A stretch of DNA of 64,000 bases. Origin: Podarcis erhardii (lineage: Eukaryota). Within the stretch, counting starts at the first letter, position 1. Each line of letters starts with the position of its first letter. The DNA lies in assembly GCA_964252035.1 (NCBI GenBank), contig OZ176205.1; one strand, 5' to 3'. The translations under genes were made by a program, and so were the position numbers. The notes below the pieces were generated by a model. The model did no database searches and was not told the DNA's origin. It saw only the letters and a list, made by a program, of their open reading frames with translations. Positions 50,651 through 62,700 of this stretch are shown piece after piece.

Positions 50651-51779
50651 TACTACAAAATAACTACCAACATAATTAGGTATGGCTAGGCAGGACTGGC
50701 ACCTTCCCTGCATATATTTGCAACTTGTATAGCTGAAACAATATCCCGCACAGAGATTCCTGGGCCAGGATTCGCAGAACTATACCACAGGCAATCCCAA
50801 AGAGCTGGTATATTTTCCTTCGTTCCAAAAGCAGCTTAATGAAACTCTTTTTCAGGAATGGCTTGCCGTGGAGAAAGGAGCTGTGCTGTTGGAGAAGTCC
50901 AAAGCTCCCAGAGGTGAGCAAAAGTAGGTCACAACACCCTTAGATAGCAACTTCTTCCACAAGTATGACGATGCCACCCTGAAGGCAGTAATCCAGGCTT
51001 CCTCCACTGACAATCACATGGGTACAGCCATACCTCACAGATCACAACAGCGCAAGCCTTTTCGGGCGAACGGTGTCAAACTCAACACCACTGCGGGTTC
51101 ATTTTCTGCTTCTTGTGAGCAGCTAGCAGGAAGGACCACTGAGGACTTTTCCTGTTTTAAAAACACACGGTAGTTTTTCTGGAGGTCTGCTTATAACCCT
51201 TATTTCTACGAGCTTTAGAACTGCTGCCACCGTCTTGAATGGCCTGTTTTTCTGCCTAAAGCAAAGGACAAGATGGCACACACAAACAAGCACTCTACTC
51301 CACGTTCACAAGCTGCTCATTATCTCGTATCTCAACACTGCCAATGGGACAGTGTCCTTCTTTCAAGGGCAGGAGTTTGGGTTACTTCCAACAGAAGGAA
51401 ACAGCTTGGAGAGCTGCTGCCCCCAAAGATCTGCCACCTGAGGCAGCTGTCTCACTCTGTCTAATAGTAGAGCTGGATTTGCTGTTCCTCCATTGTCTGA
51501 TATTGTACTGTTCTCAAGCTACTTTTCCTATGTATTTTCAATATTGACTGAACAGGATAATAATGTCTTAAAAACGAATGTGGCGGCAGGAACCTGGAAT
51601 CCAACACACCTATAACCTTTGTGACAAGCAGTTAGCTGTGTCTTTAGAATAACGAACGCAGCCGATGACCATAGACTACACCCCAAGCCCTCTCTTCTGG
51701 AACCACTGCAGGCACAAGAGTCAGAAGACAGCTGCTACGACAGTAACAAACAGCAAGGGACTGAAATCAAATGTTTATA

Positions 51780-53747
51780 TTTATTACAGCATGGGGGGAA
51801 AGGGAGAGGAGAGGGTCTTGATTCATCTTTTAAAAACCACCCCGAACCAATGAAGACAATAATTTAGCTATCACTTTAATACAATGAAACCTGTCAGTTA
51901 TCCTTTAAAAAAAATAGAAAGGGTGCTGCATTAGCAATGGGACAAATTGGTTTGCCGGTTTATCCCCCCCGCCACCCCGCTTTTAAATATTTTCTTGACT
52001 GAGAGACCAACCATTTGTCAACCCCACCCCCATCATATTTCTACAGAGAAAACACAATTAAAATGCCTAAGAAAAAGGCAAACATTAAAAAAAGTCATCG
52101 TACTACTAAAAAAGTTTGTCAATTCACATAGTTTTTGTTTTCAGTCAGAATAATAAAAAGCCAATGTTTCCCCCCAAAAAAACCAAACAAAAAAAAAAAC
52201 ATTTCGTTAAGGGGTGCGGAAAAAAGACATCCCTTTAATAAAACATTATCAACAAATATCGTACACAAACTACAATGTATAATAATTACTTTTCTTTTCC
52301 CTCGCTTAATTTTAGAACCAGACTACAAGGTAAGAAAAAACACTGAAACAAGATACAATGTTCTCAAGAATCCGCACAAAGGTAGGTAAATCCAGGGGAA
52401 GATAATATTTTACATAATATGAAATACATAGATCAGAAGTGAAGTTTTTTCTTCTTTTTATATAAAACAAAGACCAGCTACAAGGGAGTGTAATGTACAG
52501 AGATCCCAAGACTTGCGAGTTTCACTATACATTGTATGCTTTTCTGTAGTCACCTCTACCATGAGAAGGTAAGGGTTTTTTTTTTTTAAATTTTGCTTTT
52601 AATTACAGAGTAAGAGAGAGAGAGAGAGAGCCTACAGAATAGCAAGTATACATTTTAACAACAATAATTACTTAAAAATATCTCCATCCAGTTTCAGAGC
52701 ATATACAGTGAAACCCTAATAAGATCACATCATTTCATTAAAACAAAAAACAAATGTTAAGAAGTTTGCGCTCACAGTTTTCGTGTCCCAGGTCAAGTTT
52801 TTAACCCCTTTCCCTTTCAATTCTGGTGGACCAACACCTCCCCAACATAAAAAATAAAATGCCGCGTACCCTAACCCCACCTACCCCCCCACCCCCCCAG
52901 GAATTTTTGACACTTTAAAAGTTTTGCAAAAGGGGAGTTAATAACATTTCTTTGTAATTTGGGGAGAAGGACAAGGGAGGGAGGGGGCTAATACAGTGCA
53001 TGCCACAGTCACAGATACCAAGATCACAATTAAAAGTTTTGGAGGATGTGATCCTACAAGGGGGCCAAGCTGCATTACGCAACTGAGAATGAGGCAGAAG
53101 AAATCTGTTCCACTTGGATCTTCCTTGCTGGAGAATGTTTTGTGCTGCAAAACATCAAATGCGGGGGGGAACAAAAACCAACCAAAACAAAAAGAAGTTG
53201 GGCGGGGGGAGAGGGAGGAAGTGGTCTTCCGAACAAAACCCACCAATTTATATATATAAAAACCAAACTCTCCAGTTTTATTAATTATTTTAAAATGGCT
53301 ACAGAGACAACATGAGATTTCATACCTAGACTAGCTTCCTTGCGTAGCACAGCACAAACATACAACAGGTTTAAAAGAATAATCAAGCAAAGGAGGTTGG
53401 AAATCGGGTGCTAGAGGCTTTTGTTTTGTTTCCAAAAAAAAAAAAAAAAAAAAAAATCAACAAAAAAGTGTCATGTACATAGAATAAACCCTTCTTCTGC
53501 AGAAGGATCTGGTCATGTCTTGAAATATTTTAAAGATTTGTCCTTCATTGTTTTATGGAATAAAAAGTTCAGCCTTTTTATTGCATGAAACTAAAAATCA
53601 GGGGTGGGTCTCCCCCCGGCTCTCTGCATGTCTCCCTGCCAAACACACCTAGATTCTCTTCTTGCATAATTTCTTGAGATCCTCCAAATGGCAGCCGACT
53701 TTTTCTTTATCCTGGAGAAGAGGATGCGGGGTGAGGGAGGAGGGAAA
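51780..53747 (-). other. SSBP3: SSBP3 3' UTR with several poly(A) signals
   Basis: TE-free, U-rich on the sense strand. AATAAA at 53577-53582, 53277-53282 and 51780-51785; ATTAAA at 51875-51880 (all minus strand). The true 3' end is inferred. Confidence 0.6.
53434..53456. repeat. A23 run (U23 in the SSBP3 3' UTR)
   Basis: Direct count. Confidence 0.95.
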
Positions 53748-53777
53748 TCACACACTCATCGTCATGCTGGGAGAATA
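53748..53777 (-). CDS. SSBP3: SSBP3 last coding exon (YSPSMTMSV*)
   Basis: ccgcccag|TAT TCT CCC AGC ATG ACG ATG AGT GTG TGA. Confidence 0.94.
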   Translation of the reverse strand, partial: YSPSMTMSV

Positions 53778-56700
53778 CTGGGCGGTTGGGAGGGAAACGG
53801 GGAGGGGGCGGAGAAAGAGAGAAATCACAGCGTTAGAGTGAGGCAAGAACAAGACCAAAATGCTAAATGTTGCGGAAGCTGAGGAAATGAGATATGAAAG
53901 AGATGTGGGCTTATGAAAACTATAAAGCAACGTAATTGGCTTCAATAAATCAGGAGGGCTAGAATATGCTAAAGACTAATTTATCAGGACATAATCGCTC
54001 CCATTTCCCCAAACCACAGTTTGCCAAACTGGGGGGTAAAGGAGAGTTTAATAATCATAAAAAAAGCCTAAACAGTATGTGGCAGAACACAATTTAACCC
54101 CCCCCCCAAAAAAATGTATATAATGATAAATACAGTGCCAGTTTACAGTCTTTTATAGGAAACATACTGTGTTTCATTTCAAGACGCCACTGCATGTAAT
54201 GAAGTACCACTGGTAGAACTAACTCATCTGGAGTGAAACGCAGGAGCATTAGGACCTCTTGTATGGACGTATTCAACTAAAGGAGGCAGGCAGCTTTCCT
54301 AGCCCTTCCCCTTTGCTCATCTAAATTTTGACTGGGAATTCTGAAGGGCAGGGCAGTGCTCAGTCTTTGGCATATGCTACTATGCAAAACATGGATATAC
54401 ATGGCTGGTGCAATAACCATCAACTGAGACTACTGGGTAGAAGAACTCTGTCCCCACAGGACCCCTCACAGGAGGAAAGGAGGGAAGCCATTGCAGATTC
54501 TTCCTCTTCCCCTCCCACCCTGGAAAGTTTCTCCAAAGCGCCAGATGACACTCCAGAACAAGGGGGAGGGCAGGATGAGGCCTTCCTCTAGTGAGCAGGA
54601 GGAATCCTTCTATTTAGATGCTTCACATTCAATCTGAAATCACTGTTATGGAAACAACATGAAATGGACATGTAGACTGCCAGATGTGATCTCACTCACT
54701 CACATATACAGTGCTTGGAAGCCATACATATTAATTTGCTGCTTGCCTGCTGACTGTAATCATGTTTCGAAGTGGTAACTACATTGCTGGGTGGTCCAAC
54801 TTAATAACCCATGGCTTGCTGATCAAACCAGGATGACCCTCACAAATGAGTCAAGTAACCATGGCTTGTGCTGTCCAATGTTGGCTTCATCTTCTGACTG
54901 CTCCTGCCTCTTGTTTTGTAGGCATAGCTTCATAAGCCAGCTGAAAGCCATGGTTTCACATTCTGGTTTGTTGGCCACGGGCAAACGATAATTAGTTGGC
55001 TGGAGTGGGTGGTTCAGAGATGCAAGCAAAGCGCAGTTAAGCTAAGCAAATCATAGCTTAGCAAGACAAGCAAACCATGGTTTCTTTTCTCTATTTTAAT
55101 CGCCTCGGTTGGAACCATTTATACCTTTTGTCTTTGAAAGGTATGTCACGTCTCAATATGCCATACTGTGTACCTTTTCCAAGTTTTGTCAGCTCCAAAG
55201 CTGCTTTTTCTCTATGTCTAGTTCCCTCCCCCACCCTTTTATGATCACATAGCACCCCCTCCCTCTCCCCTCTCTGCACATATCAATGATTCCTTCCCAG
55301 AAATAGCTTGAAAGAGCCTAACAGGCTCTGTGATTCAAACCCTGGTTAGCATGAAGAGTTGGTGTAAGGATGACTCACATTGTCATTCTGGAAGGAATGG
55401 AGGAAGTTGCCTCCCAGTTCACCATCATCTCGTGGAGTGCCGGGAGGATTGCTAATGCCACTTATGTTGTTTGGAGAATTCTGCAGGGTTTTTTTTGTTT
55501 TAAAAAGAAACAACAAACCACACAGATACACATGCAAGAAGTGAGTGTGTGCCTTTTCAAGTATGCTGCATACTAGCAACTGCAACAAAAACATATTGTT
55601 CTACAATGGAAAAAAGATCACACGGATAGCTAAATATATATGAGAAAATGACTTGTGTTTGATGACTCCCTCACAGGGCTAAGAGCAAAGGGGGGGGGGG
55701 AGAGGGAGAAAATGTCCTTGCGCTGGTGAGCAGAGGGCAGAAAAGAAGGGTAGAGCTTCAGTACTCCCTCCCTGCCCCTGCCCCCAGGGTCCCATATTAA
55801 CCCCCCAACATAGTTGTTATTTTGTCCATGAAAGCAAGAAAAGAACACGGCCCAGTCTAAGAATGCAGACTTACTTTTGGAAGTCCATCTATGTCTCCTG
55901 ACCCTTGCGAAAGAAGAACAAAAGAAAGGAAAGAAAGGTAGGCTGTTAGTGGGGAATAGCTGATTTCCTTGTCGTTGTCCCCCCCCCCCCTATCAGCTCT
56001 CCCCACTCTCCCACCCCCGTTCTGCACCAAAGTGTCCGGTTCCTGAACCATCATCCAGAAATAAGACGCGGCTGCAAAAAGCTCCGCCTTGGCCTTCCCG
56101 GAAGCAGCTGGCAGTACATTAGTGAGCTGCAGGTCACAGCTGGGCTAATGCAAACCTCTTAACATTTGCCTCCAGAAAGGGACATGCTGGGGTTGCCTCG
56201 GCTGCCATTCCTTTGCATGCAGAACTCCCGGGAGCAGAGCCCCGGCTCACCTTCCTGCACGGCACTAGAGTAATGGCCTAATCGAGTTGCTACGGCCTTG
56301 GCTCCCTCCCGCGAGCTTCGTGACACTGATCAAGATGGAGTATAGCACCTCTACTTCAGCAAGATGTATAAGGCAAACATAGGAGGTTAATGGGTCTTTC
56401 TGCTGCTTTAATTAAAACACTCGTGCCACGGTTAGGTTGATGCTGCCTCTTCGCCTTTATCCATCAACAGAAGCCTGGCAAAGCCTGTGACCAGCAGTCC
56501 CTGCTCCCTGGCTACTTTCCTACGCTGAGTGTGTTAGGAATGGCCAAGCCCTCACAAGACTGGGCTTTGCAGATTACCAGCACTGAGCAAGTCCCCAAAG
56601 CTCTGGAAACAAACAGGATCCGCACCACAAAAACAAATGCCGAAAGCACACATCAGCCAACAGGCAGAGCCCTAGGAGCTCTGAGGTCAGGAAGCATCTG

Positions 56701-57342
56701 CTACAGAATTTTGCAGAGTATCAGGACAAAGGCCCCGGGTGTCGAGTCTAGCTAGGACTAGGGTCACCCCACCACCTTTGCAAGGGGTCCTTGCAAGAAC
56801 CAATACCTGTACTAATCCCTGATTCAAACATTTCCCCCCTTGAGTGCAGTGCTGGGTGACTGCTCTTTTAATTTCAACCATACACCCAAAGTAACCCTAC
56901 ACCAGGGTCACTGCAAAAAGCAACAATCAAAGCAATTTGTGGTTCGCTGCATGTCCTCCCAGGGTTCTGTACCAAGGGCACTCTAATTCTGGACCCAAAC
57001 AGATTATAACATATCTTAAACAACTATTCCACTGCCTGGTGTTGATCCCCCAGTCAAAAATTCTGCATTCCCACATTAACATAAAGCAATGTTTTCAGCC
57101 AGGAACAAGTACATGAAGAATGTTAAAACGTGTTTGTGATTGCACATCCTATACAGTTAAAATGACAAAGTGCACAACTAGAACTCATTTTATCACTGCT
57201 GGTTCTGGGATGTCCCGTGAGAAGATAGTCCAAAAACGCTGAATATTGCTGAAGTCTTACCTAATGAGCCATTCATGTGATGCGGCTCCATCCCACCCAT
57301 TCCCCCCATCGGGCCATCTGAGCCAGGTCCCATGGGGAACTG

Positions 57343-57397
<55 letters not shown>

Positions 57398-59673
57398 GCT
57401 GTCAGTTACGACACATCACTCATGTTATAAAATATCCAACATACAATAATATTAGCTTGTATGTCTATTGGCAGAACACCAATGGCAGCAATGCTCTGCA
57501 AACCCAGTTTTCTGAATTCTGCTTAAAACACAAAATAATGAAAAGTTCTTTAGGAAACAACAGTTTGCACTGAAAACCCACCATCGCCCACTGGGTATGT
57601 GTCTTCCAAATTGAGGAGGTTTGATACACACCCTCTCTCTTTGAAGAAGCCATTGATTTATTGCATCTTGTACCACTCCTGTGGGCAGCTTCAATCCTGA
57701 CAAGGAAGTTGCAGGGAACTCTGCTCTTCTCTTTTGGATCAAAGTGGATAGCCAAATGGAGCAGCTGCTGTCCAGCTTAACACATGGTTGTCTGGGCATC
57801 TGATACTGTTGGATGGTCTATGGTCGGCCATACCACAACTACTGTGCTTTTCAGCTGTGCAGAAATTTTGCTGCCCCCCCTCTACTTCAGCACCATGTGT
57901 GGGCAGTCTGGAACCCTTCGACCACAAACTACTACTATATGAAGGGTCCATATAAAAGCCATCTCCAACTTGCCATGTGCAAACTGAGGGAGGAATTCAA
58001 CATAGCATTAAGCAATTTGTTCCGTTAGCTTGTGTGATATAATGAATGCTCTGCCTTCTCTTCCCCCTGCAGGTGCTTCTGGGTGTTTTCCTGATCCCCA
58101 CAGAGCCAGTTTTGTGGGCACAGGAGGAAGAGAGGGAGGAAAGCTAGCGGAAGTCCATACATGGGCTTCTGCTAGTGGGGCCCATTTGCTGAATCCTGCC
58201 CTTAAGTGACAGAAGTAGTGCAAGAGGTGGAGGTTCTAATAACATGACTAATCCAGGCCTCTGAAATCTCATCTGCCAAAATGTTTCAGTTGCCAGTCAA
58301 GATTTCTTTAGGCTCCATGTCATCTAATTGTACCCCTGCCTTTCATCCAAGTTACACAGGGAAGCACACACTGGATTCCTTAACAGTTTTCTATCCAAAT
58401 ACTGGCTAGGACCAGATTTCTTTAGCTTTAATGGATTAAGCCACAACACCTGTATTTAGACCCCAGTTGTTTTTTATTCTTGCAATCATCAGTTTGCTTC
58501 TCCTAACATCCCATGAATTAAAACCCTGAGATTTAAGTGTTTGCTCCTCCTCTGCCTCCTCTCTGTTCTGTATTCCATCCTCTTTGGACAACGTTTTCTG
58601 AGAAACGGACAGGACACACTTTAAGCAATCATCCAGCTACTGGAGTTTAGACTAGTTCAGAATGAAAAACTAGGTCTGGACATAGTAGTATTCAGGAAAG
58701 AGCTGCCCTTCCCCAATAAGAGCTTCCTATCTGAAATATTGGGCTGGCATTGTCCTGAAGACAAAAATCTGGCAGGTAATCTTAACAGAATCTCTTTGAG
58801 ATCAGCTTGAGTAAAAGGTGAAGAAAGGCCCGGGCGTCAGCTGTGTCTCCTTTAAATGCAACCCCGCTAACCAGCAATGTGCGTGACAATCTTGACCAGA
58901 GCTGCGTGAACGACGCTGTTTTAATAAGCGTAAAAAATTAACAAAGTCGCTGAAGAGTTAATCACTTTTTGATGGTTTGTTTTATTTCTGTTTTGTAACA
59001 AATGGCTGAAATCAATTAAACTGCTTTACCCTCAACTGATGAAGTTAATTATGATTTGTTATGGTATCTGATATGTAAATTATTAGAAAGCAGACTTACA
59101 TTCGACCGACTGCCTCCAGGCGGTACGGGATTAATCATTGTGTAGATGTTGTCACTTGAATTTGTCGAATCTGTAGAACAGTGAAACCCACTAAGTCAGG
59201 GTGATTAATTCATTTCTTAATTAAAACAAACTCATGCCACTTGAACTCATTCTTTTGTATTTTATCACCTAAAATTCTCTCTAAGTACCACCATTTTCTG
59301 GCTAATTTGTATTTAATGAAGATTCACAAAGTTTTTAATCACAGAAATTCAACTGTGAAAAGAATTCTGCTACTAACCGAGAATATTGGGGCTTTTTTGC
59401 CAGGAGAGGTGTAGAAAGATAATTTGCTGCCATGTGTCGCATAACACCTCAAAATTAGCTGATGCAATTATCTTACTACAACATCATATTTCATCTTTAA
59501 AAAAATAACAAAATACATGGATGACATTTAGTGACAATATTTTTATTTTTATTTTTTTAAAAAAACAGAAAACCCAATATTTTTCTTAATAATGAAAGCA
59601 CTACGAGACAAGTGTTTAATTGAGGGGCAGAATACAAACAAAAATACACAAATTACAAGCAGGCCATGGTGAC

Positions 59674-59721
<48 letters not shown>

Positions 59722-62700
59722 AGTGGTGCCTACATTAACATATGGATTGTTTTATTATGACCTAGTCTGAAATGTAGGTCAGAGTTCTCATATAAATGCA
59801 AGAGCAGGAAGGCAGTGGTAATACTACACTGAAGCTCCACCCCTGCAGCTGTGGTACACGAGAGTTACACGCGGCATGGCTTACCTCCCCAGAGCCACCA
59901 CTCCCCCCGCTTTTATTCTTGCCACCGACACATGCAATGTATAGTAAATCACCCTTGCAGGCCTATCAGGAATATTCACCAGCCCCAACACTGACACACA
60001 CTCACTCCTTCTCCCCTCCCACTTTACTACGAGGGAAATACACGAAGGGGGGGAAGGGAATTTTACTCAGCCTCCTGGGGAGTGAGCACCGTTTTACAAA
60101 GTGGAATTCATTCCCAGTACAAATATGGCAACACAACAACATTGACCCTGACAACAAAAAGAGATTTGGTGCTAATATTGGGCAACTCAAGAACACAACA
60201 GCCCTAAAGAAGTTGGGTTTTTTTTAAAAGGTGGGTGGGACTGGCTTAAAAACAACAACAATAACCCTCTTTAAACTTGTTTGGATATCTGGAGAATGTT
60301 CCTAGTTAACTTCTACAAATCCACCCCTCCCACAAATGATTTTTCCTTATTTACCAACGTAAAAATGGGTTTTTAAAAAATTACCGACACCTCTCCCAAC
60401 GTGTCAAATTTCACATGGATAATTCATCAAGGGACGCAGCGACCTCTTTCACATGGCTTACTGGGAGCTCAAGGCCGAAGTACGGTGCATGCTGCCTCCC
60501 ACCCCTCAGGAAAGGCTTTTGGTGCAGCCAAATCTCCCACTAACCCCATTTCTCATACCCCTCTTGCGGGGCTCCCTCATGTTTTAAGCCCTGGCATAAT
60601 AAAAGCCATCAGCACATGGCTGGCAGCGAGGGCAGGGAAAGAGGAACGGAAGACAAAACCTCTCCCTTTGAAAAGAGTCGGGTTGCTTTACAGCAGCTGC
60701 GCCCAATCAATTGCCAAACCGTGCATCGGTGGCATGCAGATTGTTGCTGTTGCGACCTTAAATAAAATCCAGCATAAAGGAAACCTGCTAAGCTAACCCA
60801 ACCATTACCGGGCTCTCAATTCTCTTTAAAAAATAAAATAAAAAATGGGGGGAAATTAGTGCTGCTTTCTTTCACCCTTACCTGCGGGGCTAGGCATGAT
60901 AGGTGTTCCAGGAGGACCTCCGCCACCAGGGGGCCCCTGTTGACAAGATTAAATACACATCAGGAACCACTGTGATAACACAGCCTGCAATAGGTCAGCC
61001 AGATCCTGCTGCTGTCAGCAACAATGTCTCACCTTGGTATTCAGCCAAGCATTAATCTCCTGCTAAAACCTTTGATGCACTCTTGTAGCCAAAGTGCAAT
61101 TTCTTTGTTTAAGCCTCGGGAAAAATGAAGGTTTTACTGAGGAGTGGGGGGGGGGGCACATCTGTGCAAGGACCACATACCAAGTCTATCTGCCAGGGTA
61201 GTTAACAGGGGGCATTCTTTCTATAACCTTCACATCTGCAGAAGGTGCAAACAGAAACGGGCAACTTAGAACGCTGCAAAGTACTTCTTGGATGTGCCAA
61301 TGGGATGATCTCATTCCAGAACAACTAGAGGAGTGTGCATTCAAAGTTCTCCAGCGACACGCGAATTGTAATCACCGTGCGAAACTTCAGAAATGCGTTC
61401 TCGAGACCCCTTAAACACAGTTACGCCACCACTGCATCAATCGCACAGCTGGGGTCGCTAAGGGATTTCTTTCCCTACTTTTGAGGCATGTTCAAGACTG
61501 GGGGGTGGGGCTTTTAACATGCTTTATTCACACTGGAGGAACAGAAAGGGGCTAAAACTACGTAGCTCAGACTTTTTAGAATTCTTGGCCTCAACGCAGA
61601 AGCGAATACACAAGACACAGAACCAAGTCCCTGCAGGCACTTGTATCCTAAGCCAGGATTCCTATTGGTATGCATGCAAACACCAAAATATCGAATCGTA
61701 TGGTGGACCGGCACGTCATGACCCATAAAGAAATATAAACCTACCACGTATGTACCAGGCGATGAAGAAGAGTATGGAATCTGCAAGAAGATCAGAGCAT
61801 AGGCATTACTTGATGAAATATACCAACTGTACAGGGAAATAAATCCTACAGGTGATGACTGTAGGCCAAGAGTCCATACAAATAAATTTATTATTATTAT
61901 TGAATTTATATACTGCCCTATACCTGGAGGTCTCAACAACTGTTACCTGTGTCCAGGAGACGGACGCAATACATACAATCCAGATAACATAATTTCAGTC
62001 TTATTGGTTTTTTTAAAATGTTCAGAGAACCCAAGATAGGAGCAGAGGGACAGTGGAGCACATCCCACCACCCCACTGAGAAGGCATAGCGGTCAACTTA
62101 TCCCTTTTCTTGCGAGGAGTCCTATTCGGAATAAAGGAATTTCCCTTAAAAAAAGGGAAACGTTGACAGCTATGCTGGGAAGGGGAATCGACACATTTCA
62201 ACAGAGATTCAGGAACCCTCTTAAAAGATTGCACACAAGGGAGGGCAGTGGGAATGAGCACACTCACTCTGCCCCCTGGCCGCCATTGGATGGCAAACAT
62301 CTGAAGCAGGGGGATTCCTGTACTTGCGGCAGTTCCCCAACCATTTTAGAAGCCTGATATTCTGGGGTTGGAAAACACGCAGGAGAGTCTACCAGCACAC
62401 ACAGGTCCCGCTAACTGAACGCTTAGTTGTGCCCAAACTTTGCTATACAAACGACTGATTCAGATATCTGAACAGCTGGACTTGTGAGAATGGTGTTGCT
62501 TAATCGTGAGCTTTATTTTCAATAGTGAGCCTGACATTTTCCTACTGTGTATCCAAGCCCACAAGCAAAGCCTCTTCCTCAGTCGTTGAAATGGGGGCAA
62601 AGTCGCTGTACCTGAGCGGCAAAGAACATGTCAGAGCCAAGCCCACAGACTGCCAGCCAGGTTGGCGGCTGGGACAATGAGGGAGACACCAAGGATGAAG

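Noticed and set aside
41700-51700. An additional protein-coding gene between MRPL37 and SSBP3 (ORFs at 44406, 45529, 49411, 49608, 50676)
   Set aside because: No recognisable homology, and I could not build a consistent multi-exon chain.
23372-55903. Excess of AAG splice acceptors (4 of 23)
   Set aside because: The sample is small, all four give correct frames, and there are no U12-type signals.
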